Origin: Takakia lepidozioides
Taxonomy: Eukaryota > Plantae > Bryophyta
Assembly: GCA_030704615.1 (NCBI GenBank)
Contig: CM060731.1
Coordinates: 84,630,001 to 84,694,000, forward strand
Length of the DNA: 64,000 nucleotides
Direction of reading: 5' to 3'
Shown here: one piece after another, positions 25,233 through 36,444 of the stretch
Numbering within the stretch: the stretch's first letter is position 1
Layout of the letters: each line of letters begins with the position of its first letter
Translations under genes and position numbers: made by a program
The notes under the pieces: model-generated
Told to the model about the DNA's origin: nothing
The model's input: the letters and a program-made list of their open reading frames with translations, nothing else
The model's database searches: none

Positions 25233-28200
25233 AACACGGGCCCACTTAACTTTAATTCAAAGGAACCAACTCACTTTCTGCCCCGGGAACTCGCCCTTCG
25301 CAAGAGGCAGAGTTACCGTCATCACTGTCGACACCAAAGGCGGCATCCATAACGCCAACATCTTTGCACTTCAAAACAATTTTAAACTCTCCATCACCTC
25401 TATACATAAATGCTTTAAAGCCATACACCTCACAGCGCTTCGTTCTCTTACGGCTATCATCACAAACAAACGACAACTATAAACCCCCCCCTGCTTCCTC
25501 GGCACCTTGGGGGCCTCGGATACCCAATGGGTACCCATGTGTACCCAGTGGTACCCTTTGCCCCACAGGTACCTTCCTCTCGTCGGTTACATGGTGTCCC
25601 CTGGATACTGGTTTCTTGTTCACATAGGACCCACCCTTGAAAAGAGGCAGTAGCCGCAAGCCAAGTGGCTCTTAGTTACGCCGGCTTCGGCCGGATTCAT
25701 CTCTCTCTCTACATGTACCCCCCAATATTATGTAGGTCTCATATAACCAATAAGACCTTATATATAACCTCTTATGGCATAGGTTGTCAGATTTGCAGAC
25801 GTTGTATACATGTATATTAATATATTTATGTAATTATACATACAATTATCACGAACAGAAATATTGTCACTTGTAAATATTGATAATCTTTCTAAATAGA
25901 TATATATATATTTGTGCACATACGTTGTACTTCTCGAAGAATTGGTGATCTTGCAGACTTTCAGTGAATCGCGAAGATGATGAATTACTCGTATGCTCTT
26001 CAAAACATAATGTCCAAGTAACTGACCCTGGAGTAAGATGCTGAAAGTATCCAATTGGGGAGTAAGTATGCTGCTCGTTTGCTTCTGGAGAGTGGCTCGG
26101 TGGCGAATACGTTGATGGAGAAAGTGATGTTTTCTGCGAAATCTTCAAGGAAATAGTGTCGGGTGACCAGTCGAGGTTCATCTGTGACGGGTTGTGGTAC
26201 TTCTGACGATTTACTGTAAAGCACTCGTAAACTGAGAACCAACTAAATAATCTCCAACTGACTAACCACCAATTAACTGATTGGAGTTGTCACAAGCAAT
26301 GTCAAAAATCCTATTTACTGTTAGGTGTTTGATGTTATTGTTGTTCATGTAGCTGAATTGTATAGAAGTCGTTTTGCTATTCTCATGCGAACAGTATCAG
26401 GTCCCCAGAGACTGTCATATTCAGACTCTCGTATCAGCCACGGCCCACCATCGTTGACCAATATAAAACCATCAGCTGCATGTCAGCTGAGAACTAGATC
26501 TTCGATTCATTGTATGCGACTCCAGAGAAATACCCTAGCCCACAAGTAGTTGGCCAGCAGCTTGAGATATTTCTCTGGGCTGTGATTGAATGAACTGGAG
26601 ATTTCATTCTTAGCTGATGGTGTCATGTAGGTGGTGCATGATTCCGATTTTGGAATATGGCAGTCTCAGTGGACCTGATGTTGTTGGAATGGGAATAGCA
26701 AAAAGACTCCTATAGAAATCAGCTACATGAACATACGCAGTATCAAGCACCTTGAAGTACGTATGATTGTTGAGATTGTTTGCACAGATTGTTAGCGACG
26801 GTGTTCCTCCTTTGGCGTCCAGTCCACATGAAAACGACAAGAATGTCGCTGGAGATTGACGTTCAATTTGCCTCCTCGTAACACCATTTTGGTGTGCAAT
26901 GATGGACATCAGAACAGGTCAGCTCTTAGAAAAGCACGCGTGATTGCGCGATGTTAATCGTTGGTGTTCCTCAAAAGAATAATGGATCTCCAAACGAAGG
27001 ATATAGGAACCAAAAAATACACCACGAGGATGCTATCAATTGTTGGAGATCGGATTATGCAAGCAGGGAGAATGACTTCAAACAACTTAAAGACTATAAG
27101 ATACTTGAACAATCCGCCAGAGAACAAGTGACACCATCAGCCTCGATGATTTGAATGCGTGTTCTAAAACACATCAATGAATCATCCAGGATGATGGTGT
27201 GAAATATTCCGGGACGGATTATCCGAATACCTTGAGTTCCCTCGCTGTAACTGACCTGAAGTAACTCACTATGCCTGCAGAATCATCACATCTTCAAATG
27301 ACAGCATTTTCGTTGTTGAATGCGTGAGCATAGAAAAAACATCACCCCGACCAATCACATGTGGCACTGTTGAGGTAATATAACACTTTGGTAGTCGGCT
27401 GGAGAACCAGGACGATGCTGAAGTCCGCTTTTCGAACCACGAGTGATCACGCGACAGATCTCTGCCTCTACCACCATTGAGAACCACAACGAGCCGAGTG
27501 CATCCAGATTTCAATCAACCACAAGGCGGCCATCAGTTCGTCAGGGAAGGAATTTCGAAGCCGCCAAAATTACTTCAATCCATTTGAAGAGAGATTTTAA
27601 CATAGCTTCACAATCCGCTCAGGAACAAATGAGACGACCATCGTGGGAGCTTGAATTACGAGATAGGAACCCGAATTCAGTCATAGACGATGATCATGTC
27701 ACTTGTTCCCCATCGTAATATGAAAACATCAGAAAATTTCTTCTCCTCCAACCTCCTCCAGCCTCCAGCATGATCTGTTATTGCTTAAACTGACAATGAA
27801 GTCAACTTGTTTTGATAACATCTGATGGCACTGCTGATCCATGCTAGCTCTACAAGAGGATATATGAAGGAACCACCCGCGATCGCGCGTGATTTCTCTC
27901 AAACTTCAATGACTAACATTACAGCCGAAAGGATCTGGCATAACATTCACAAATTTAAATAACGTATGTGTGTAATGAACAGGCCGGCCATATGCTTCCC
28001 AAACGGTGCATATGTTCGAGATCGCCGTCGGTTACCACTGATGGCGGAATTCTGTGCACCCGAGGAGATGGATACAGTGGGAGATTGATGTAAGATATGA
28101 CCAGACACCTCACTAGTAGTTGTACTTGATGACCTTGACAAATGTAAAGCCTCGCGGTCCCTCCGCTCAGCCTTACATTGTCGTTCCTCTTTCTTCTCCT

Positions 28201-28536
28201 ATCGAATTTGATTTTGAACTTGACACTGGAATATAACTGTGTGGAGAAAGCACAGAAGGGAATTGTTAAAGAAAATACAAAGATCATTGAAATATCATTG
28301 ATCTCACAAAAGTCATGTGAAGTCAACAAACGAAAATGTACAAATGGAGGTTGAAGTAAAGCTGATGGACTACACACAAAATAGGGCAATGTTAAACTAC
28401 ATACCCAGATAATCGGGATCTTTTTTGAGGGGGGTGCCAAACAGAAGCATCAATAAATCTTCCAAACCAGGACTAGTAGACATGATTTCGACCTATCGGA
28501 GGGTAGGAAGATTTGCAGGAGTTCTTGCCGACGTAA

Positions 28537-29088
28537 TCAACAACAGACTGGGCTCCAATCAAGCCAAAGAGAAAAGGCCACAAAGCTAACCAAATCCTCC
28601 AAATTGCTTGATTCCTTGAATGTGATGAGGAAGACTCCAGTATTCACTGGGTTTCGGAGTGCCTTGGAAGGGTCATCGTCGACCAGTAGAATTTGCCCTT
28701 GCCTAGCAAATTCTTTCCCACTAAATTTTACGATAATACTCTTAATATCTTTAATAAGATATTTCATTCCAGGCTTAATATGTCTAGCTGTATCTGTGCA
28801 ATGCTCGGCAGACCATATGAAACGAAATTGTTTCATAATTTCCGGAGGAATGAAACACTCCAACATCTTGAATACAGTATCTCTCTCAGAGCAAGACCAA
28901 ATTGCTACATGAAAATGAGTCAATGCAAGTCGAAGGAGCTCCAACACTCTAGGTCTTGGAACTACAAATGGTCTTGCGGGCACCCGAATTGTTACTTTCC
29001 TCAAGTGGAACCTCTGTTTAAACAACTCATCTCCGATAGGAAGTGGCCTGTAGCAAAGAAGTCCATTGACACTCAGTTCCAGCAACAT
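28537..29088 (-). pseudogene. FCP1/NIF-type HAD phosphatase-like domain 3 of a degenerate multi-exon cargo gene
   Basis: LELSVNGLL, PRPRVLELL, FHVAIWSCS, FIWSAEHC, IKDI and ILLVDDDPSKALRNP. The catalytic Asp is absent. Confidence 0.75.
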
Positions 29089-30650
29089 GCGTTTGTGTTT
29101 CTAGACACCACACATTTCTTGAGTAACAACGTTTTGAACCATCCAAAAGAACCCATTAGTTTCTGTTATCTGACCCAAGAATTAGGCATTTCCAATACAT
29201 TTTGCAACTCAAAAAATGCCACGACATACTTGCGTTTTGTGGTTTACCTCGTTTCTATACCCTGATTTTCAAATGGAATATTTTGCTAAGGTAATATTTT
29301 CAGCATTACGACATCTAATTGAGACTTGAGACAAAAAATCACAATCGGAAGTCTCTGAGTTTCCTGCAACCACGCGCGATCACGCGAGGTTACTTTATGA
29401 AAGTTGTGTCGACAATGTAAATGATATATGTAATGATTACTAGGAAGCCATAACCAATAAGACAGAGGACCAAGTGAAGGAGATACTTATTACCTTTGCT
29501 AGATTTACCCTCCGATTCTGAGGCGGGTTACCACTGGAGGCAAGTGAATGTTGAAGGGATAACAGAATGCCAGATGCTGTTTTTTTATCGTCAGACACGA
29601 CCGTCGCTGGCTGCTGTGATCTGCAACGTTTCCTTGACACATGACCATCCGGAATTTTGGGGGGTTGGGGATGTGCAGAAATATTTTCCGGTCTTGTCGG
29701 TGTGCTGACCTCAGTCGGCGAATGAGTGAGTTCAATAACCTTCTCGCTGACGGTTGGCAATGGAATTCGGTTTCTTTCTTTCTGCACATCCTGAACCGAA
29801 TTCAAACGGAAAAAAAATAAAAATTACCTTGGAATACAACCCCACAGAAGTTGTCGCTTCACAGGAAGGTCATACGTTGCAGCTTTACTGGCCTGGAGTA
29901 AAGAGAGAAAATCAGAGGATGAACAGAAACACGGTAACAATAAAATGCATGGATGAAATAGAAATAAATCACCTGACTTCTCAACAGCTGAGGTGTCCAA
30001 CCCTCGTGATCCAGTGACCCGCTTGGAATTACGACATGATGAGGAGGCAATTGAGCGATAGTTGCAACCAATTGTTCGGTAGATTCATGTAGATGCCTCG
30101 TGACGGCGTCTGGTGGAAAGTGTTGGGAGAAGGACGGCTCCAAGGAGGATTCCCCAAGATATTGAGAGTCGCTCTCCACTATGCAGCCAACCCCAGTTAA
30201 ATCATCGACCCTGCTAACTATGGATTCACCTTTTGACATTTGAGCCTCGAAACACTCTCCATAACAGCAATGGATGCCTGAGTAGAGTTGTCAGGTCCTT
30301 GGAAGCTTATGGCCTCATCATTTCTACATCGTCAACAATACCAAACGATAATGTTTCGCCAATTTGAGATGCATTTGTGGCATGGAGAACATATTGATAT
30401 GGGCATACCTGCAAATGAAATATATGTCAACAAAGTAATAAATTTGAGTTGGAAGAACGCGTGATCACGCATGGTTCCAAAAAGAAATCGACGGACATAA
30501 AGCAACAACGAATCCATTGACCGTTATATATCGTTTGGCAATATAACAATTTCCATGCAAAGCAAAAGAATATCAGAAGAAGACTGAAATTCCATGGTCT
30601 TCACAATCAATTTTAAATAATAAATTGTGTCCACAGTATGACGCGAATAT

Positions 30651-31360
30651 TTACTTATCATTTACTCGGAAATCACGATATTGTGAATTGTCAATATAGT
30701 CAAGAAGAGGCTTGAACTGTGGATCGTTAACTTTCATAGATGGAAATCCTATTATCCTTGCTTTCAAGAAGTTTGAGACGTTCTCAAATTTCAAGAAGCT
30801 AAGCAAGAAATCTCTAAGTTTGAGAAGGAAGAAATCGTCGACGTCGATGTTCTCAAAAGACTTGAGAAGAAGACAAGATTCAGGAGGGTTTAGCAAACAC
30901 TTCAAAGCCGTATCATCAATCAGCAGAATGTTACTCTGATTGTAAAAACCTTCAGAACTCTGTCATACTTTAAGGAGTGGTTTCAAGAACATAGGAGGTT
31001 GATCTTGTCCCGTTCCGTAATTTGGGTGCAGATTGCTTGGGCAATTGATACAATCCTCCTGCGACATGATGAACGCTGGCCGTGAAAGACCACGTAGGAG
31101 CAAATCCAGAACGGCATTTAAGTTTTTAAGCACCATACAGCTCCAGATACCTAAAATGAAGTGCTTGTGTAACTCTTGCCAAACTTCCCGGTACATCTTC
31201 CGTCTAAAGATTTGCCAATACCCAACAATAGCAGGAATGTTGTAATCAGATTCCAAAAAACATGGAGCAGGTCCTTGGCTCTGGCGCTTCGTTATTTTGA
31301 ATAGCACTCCATTAACGTCAAAAATTATCAAGCGAGGTGGAGATCTAGGCTGTCGGATCT
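30651..31360 (-). pseudogene. FCP1/NIF-type HAD phosphatase-like domain 2
   Basis: LIIFDVNGVL, FILGIWSC, FIMSQEDC and FLKPL; after a TGA, NILLIDDTALKCLLNP. Confidence 0.8.
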
Positions 31361-31521
31361 GTGAATGAGTGATAAAGACAATTAAGTAAATCAAGAAAAG
31401 AAGAATCCCATGAACAGATAAGGAACTCAATGACCTCAGAATCCCAATACATTCTCAAAACTACTCACTTTAATATCCCATGTTCCACTTCCAGGGCCTC
31501 TAGGTACTTTAGATGTGCATC

Positions 31522-32272
31522 TCATTCCTCCTTGTTCTTAGGCCATGGAAAGTCCCAGCGATTAATGAATTTCACTCTAGCATCCTGAAAGTAGATATCC
31601 TTAGGTATTCCAAAAGGGTTCTGCTCATTGAAGGCCCAAGTGTCCATTTTTGAATGCTTCAACTTCTCCAGCTTCAGATGACCCATCAAAAAATCATCCT
31701 TGTATGGATCTACAAGTGCTTCGTACTTAGGTAGGAAGATGACCAGGCGCAGAGGATTGAGGAAAGACTTGTACATGTTCCCAACGACGTCGATAAGCAA
31801 GGTGTTAGAGATGTAGGTCTTAGAGTCGGGGTCTACGAACAAGTCGTTTGAAGTAGATTGGGGCCTTAGGTAGCGTAGGCCGATATGTGTTGAAAATAAG
31901 TCTATGTTCCACACATTGGTCGGAACTGTAATGCATGACCTTGTGGGCGTTCCTCCCAAACAAGGCTGATTTGAAATCCACGACAGTCTCTTCTTTGCCA
32001 GTGTTCCATAAGATGACCCAAAACTTCTTGACGACCCATTTGAGGAAGTCTCCCACCTCATGTCGCATTGCTAACTTAAATTTTCCAGCGGAGATACAAG
32101 GCTGAGTTGCGGGTGGGGTTTTTGGCCCATTCTGGAGGTAGACCTCACATAGGAACCCGACATCCAGAACCAGGACATAATATTCGGGCTGACATCCATT
32201 TGGACCCATTGGAAGAGCAAAGAAATCCGCGGGATTGACAGCTTGGGAATAGTCGTGTGGTGGATAGATCAT
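31522..32272 (-). pseudogene. FCP1/NIF-type HAD phosphatase-like domain 1 (frameshifted)
   Basis: VLVLDVGFL, MRHEVGDFLKWVVKKFWVILW, SDQC and YFKRL; in the next frame, SNTLLID...KSFLNP. Confidence 0.7.
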
Positions 32273-32830
32273 ATCATCATGCCCATTAGGAAATAATTAT
32301 TAATTCATTGGAAGTTTTTCGCAATGGAATGCAGAAAGGAAAGCAGAAGGCGGAGAATGAAGTACCAGCTTTGGCGGCACTTGCTCCAAGCCGGATGAGG
32401 TTTCGCCGCCAATTCCACCGGCGATGGGACTTTCGCCGTCCGGAATGTTTTTGTCGACCCCTCCCATAAGTAACCTCGCGCAATCGCCCGCGGTTTCTGA
32501 AGCTGCCACCTTGGGTGACGATATCCTCACTGTCAAGTCATATTGTTTCTTCATTGTACACTGTCATGTGTCGTTTGTTCTGGTATGTGTCACTTCCTCC
32601 GTATTGGACTCACGGATCTATAGAAAATGCAGATGATTAGACTTCCGTATAAATTTCGATTCATTTACGAGACTATCACTGTGCAATAGGTTAATAGTTC
32701 CATTGGTAAAAGATTCTGATGTTCTTAGTGTGATGGCTTCATGCTTTGAGAGCTTTCATCGTCTTCCACTTCTCTCATTTCTCATCTCTTATCACTACAA
32801 TAAGATCTCTCTATGCTTGTGAGTGCGGAG

Positions 32831-33392
32831 TGTAAGGATTAGTTTTGCACTTGGATGTCATGGAGGTTGAGAGCTAGGAAAATTTTAGCTCTTGTATCAC
32901 AAGGCTTGCAAGGGGTTGCAAGGAAAGGTGTTCGGATGTTGCATGCACCAAGGAGTTGGAGAGCTTGAGAAGGAGGCTCTCGAGTCACAAGATTTTGCAA
33001 GGATTGCAAGGATTGCAAGGAGAAAGTCTTGCGTGTGTGGAAGCAAGGATTCTAGGGTTTGAGAATCCTTTGTATGCATTATCGAGTCAATGGTGTGTGC
33101 CATGGCTTGTGGAGAGCGACTAAAGTTATAAATTGGGTTTTACAAGTGTCACGACAGCTCATAATCTGCAATACTCACTACAACAGAGTTTTGATCGCCG
33201 ACCAATGCCCTAGAAGCCTGACCATCAACGATGTCTCTAACTCGTTGGCTTAAACCTTGATATGGTGACATCCGTAATGGCATATCCCCCTCCACAGGAC
33301 TGCATCCCATCCCTGAGTCTATTTCTGAAATCTCCTTATTGAAGACGTCTCTAGAAGCAGCGTTATCATTTACATTGTCCCCCCCCCCCCCA
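32831..33392 (-). mobile_element. Possible LTR remnant (~545 bp, TGTAA...TTACA) with an adjacent G-rich PPT
   Basis: On the minus strand, gaagaagt-G-run-acaa precedes TGTAAATG. There is a TATA-like TTTATAA at ~33125 and the TTACA end falls at 32831. No second copy is present to confirm. Confidence 0.4.
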
Positions 33393-33485
33393 CTTCTTCA
33401 GTGGAGGAAGACAGCACAGTTGTCTCGAGATTGTCTCCTTCACGGGAATTTGTCTGGGCCTGTGGATGGTGGCTTTCTTTTGGTA

Positions 33486-34446
33486 CTACCCTCCCTGCTT
33501 GTTCAGCTGGTGGATTTCTGCCTTGCTCAATTTTTTCTGTCTCATCTTCCAAGAAATTGTTGACGACATCATCGTGTTGGTAGTCGCCCTTGCCTTCCTC
33601 ACCTCCCTCATGTCCTTCATTTTTCTCCAACGTTTCTCGTCACCTTCTTCCTGGTTTTGCTCTGTCTCCAGATCTCTTTGTCCGTCGTCTTCATCGTCAT
33701 CGTCATCGTCATCGTCGTCGTCATTTCCTTCGCCATTGTGCTTGTTGGTCTCCTGCCCTCCCAATGTGTCATCACCAACCTCGGTTCCGTCCTCATTCTC
33801 CGTGTGGAGGAGTGTGTAGTTAGCGGCAACCTTATTCGCACAGAATTTCTTTTCCAGGTTGTGATTTATATCGAGGACACGGACGTTCCTAGCCTGCAAA
33901 AGATGCCAACCATGGAGTAAACAGGATGAACGCGTGATCGCGCGAGGTTCCAAAGAATCACTAGGAATCCCTACTTCGAGAGGCACGTAATGCAGATCAT
34001 GGAAATAATGTGCATAACCGAATCGAGCCAAAAACACAGTTTGGGATCCAGACCTGTACATGGTAAAATGAGTTCACGCGCGATCGCGCGTGAATGGACT
34101 GTGTCATGGTACCTATACTGAGGCCTACACCATAGGCTGCAAACCCTAAACAGTTGCCAGCTGTACCTACGAACCCTATGAAATCGGAATTTCTCATGTC
34201 TCAAATCCGGAGTCGTTCCTCAAGGAAAGTGTACATATCCCGAAATCTTCTACAATTCCCAATCTTTCTATCGACCATCCTACCTCTTCAATCCAAAAAT
34301 CAAAACAATCAAAACAAGCAAACAATCAAGCAAACAATCAATCAAGCATACAACTTCTACCTTCCTGCAATCTCTGCAGCCCACAGAAGAATCCCTCACT
34401 ACAGGCACGAAGAAGACGGGAAAACATTTTACCTGCTTGATGCCAT
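33486..34446 (-). pseudogene. Probable 5' exons (acidic Asp-rich region) of the FCP1-domain cargo gene
   Basis: ATGGCATCAAGCAG|GTAAAA at ~34446-34430. An acceptor ttttgcag| at ~33893 opens an acidic ORF with a poly-Asp run. Linkage to the FCP1 exons is inferred. Confidence 0.35.
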
Positions 34447-36444
34447 TTCAGGCAAGGATCCTCCCTGCAGGGCTGGATGAGCTCTCTCGCTCGGGTGCGC
34501 ACAACAGCTTCCGGGATAGCGTACTCTCTTGTTTTGCCCTCCTTTCACTCTGTCACACTCCCCCGCACACAGTGAATTACTCAAACCCACAGTCACTCCA
34601 ACTCACGCTCCCTCGATCTCTCACTCTCTCGCTAGTTCGATCTCCACCTCTCTGCCTCTCTCGCTCAGCCGCTCTCTCTCGCACCTCTTCCTTGAGTCCA
34701 AAATTGAACAGGGCTTCCGCATGTATCAAGTGAATGCAAAAGGAGACTCCTTTCGGTCACTCCTCCTTATATGCCTTACCACCTGTGATCTCAACCGTCG
34801 GCGTTATGTCGCATCCTACGGTTTGTGGCCTCGATGCATGGATGAAAGGCGGGATGTTTCCCAACGGTTCGCTGAGGACCCCTAAATTTATGCAGGTATA
34901 ATCAATGATGCGACATGACTGTCAGTAATGAATGGACTCCACTAGTTTGTCCAGAGCGTTACGGCGCGGCAATCCGACGCCTTCATAAAGTGAATACCTT
35001 TGAATTATTGCGGGTTCCTGTGACGGCGCTCATCCATGAGGGGAGTTGAATCATCCACTAGGGCAGTCATCTCATCCAGTATACGTCTGTTTCATCCGCG
35101 AAGGCTCTTATTTCATCCAATGATAAAATATTATTCATAGGTTCAATAATGAGGTGTCGGGACGTGCATCTGGGATTTGATCGGTCTCACGTTTTCTCTA
35201 CCTACACCTCATCTATGGCCCCACGTTCATTGTGGCTACTTAATGTCACCATGCCATAGATGGCCGCCGGCTCATCACAATGGCCTTAAGAGGCGGCCAC
35301 TTTCGTCGCCGACTATTCCTTCTCTTGTATCATTAATTCAACATTGGATTTTCTGCTTCTCTGGTGCTTTGGATGTCAGATTCCAGATCTCAAATCAATT
35401 AGTTATTCGCATTGGACACAATAACTTAGGGACCCATTAATGTTCGGTGGATTTCAGACTCCTACTTGAATTTATGCTCTGGATGACACATAATAGCCAC
35501 TAGATTACACGAAAGAGCATATCCAGGGCGACAATTTGTCGATCCACGACACTCCAAACGCACCTAATCTTATCTAGACCAAACGGCTGCCTTCTATTGG
35601 TTAGCCAGATGCCATCCTAGCTGGACCACACAAGCCTGCCTTGGTTTTGTTCATTGAACTAGGCAGCCCTGTAATGTGAACACGTCGACCTCGTACTATT
35701 TGACAATCCGTATAAGAGCCTGCCCTGTGCACGCATGCCATTTTTTCCTTCTCAGTTGCTCTGGCTCGCTGATCTTCAGGACTGTCTGTTTTACGTTTTT
35801 TTTTTTTTACTTTTTTTTCGAATATTGAGAGCCTCTCAACATCCGGGTTTCTTGTGCTCTACTCTTCCCACTCACTTTCCTATCCTGCTATCCAGATCTT
35901 ACATCCACACCCGACCGTTTTGTACTCCGAATGAGAGCTCTCACATCAGCTCTTCTGTTCTTAACTCCTCTGTTCATCCATTACTTACATACCATACCTT
36001 AACTCGAATGTCACTCACAGCTTCGTCATCCATTACTTACTCCATCCTTCATTTTCATCCATCCATTCATCATCGAACCACGCGCGAACGCCCGTCGATG
36101 TGGTTCTATTTATGTTATGGAGTCGTAGACAATGTTGTGCATTCGGGTCGTAGCTTTAGCAGATCCTTTAATTTTCTACAAATTTCTATTTCGACCAATA
36201 GAGACCTACGTTCTACATTCTAGTAGACAATCCGAGAGTCCGAGTTCTACTTTCAATTTCCAAATCATTATAACCCTAAACGCGGGCGATCGCGCGAGGT
36301 TCATTTTCATCTTCATCCTCAGTTTTTCTAAACAAACTTCAGTAACTTATTGTTTCACTCTTTCTTAGTGTCCATCGATATAGTGCCAAATCATTAATCA
36401 CCAGAACCTCTACTGTAGGATACACGCGCGATCACGCGAGGTTC

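Larger units (their letters stand above)
23429..25710 (+). mobile_element. 3' part of a restriction-like-endonuclease (RLE) LINE, Dualen/RandI-like, interrupted at 24124-25232
   Basis: Zinc knuckle (PLC....DTWPHLLSKC), RHN motif, PDIMLV and IHFIEFTYCHD. The ORF resumes after the insertion (RRRGWNTG|PL...TVIT..TKGGIHNA). The 3' end is gtggctcttagttacgccggcttcggccgg followed by (CT)n. Confidence 0.75.
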
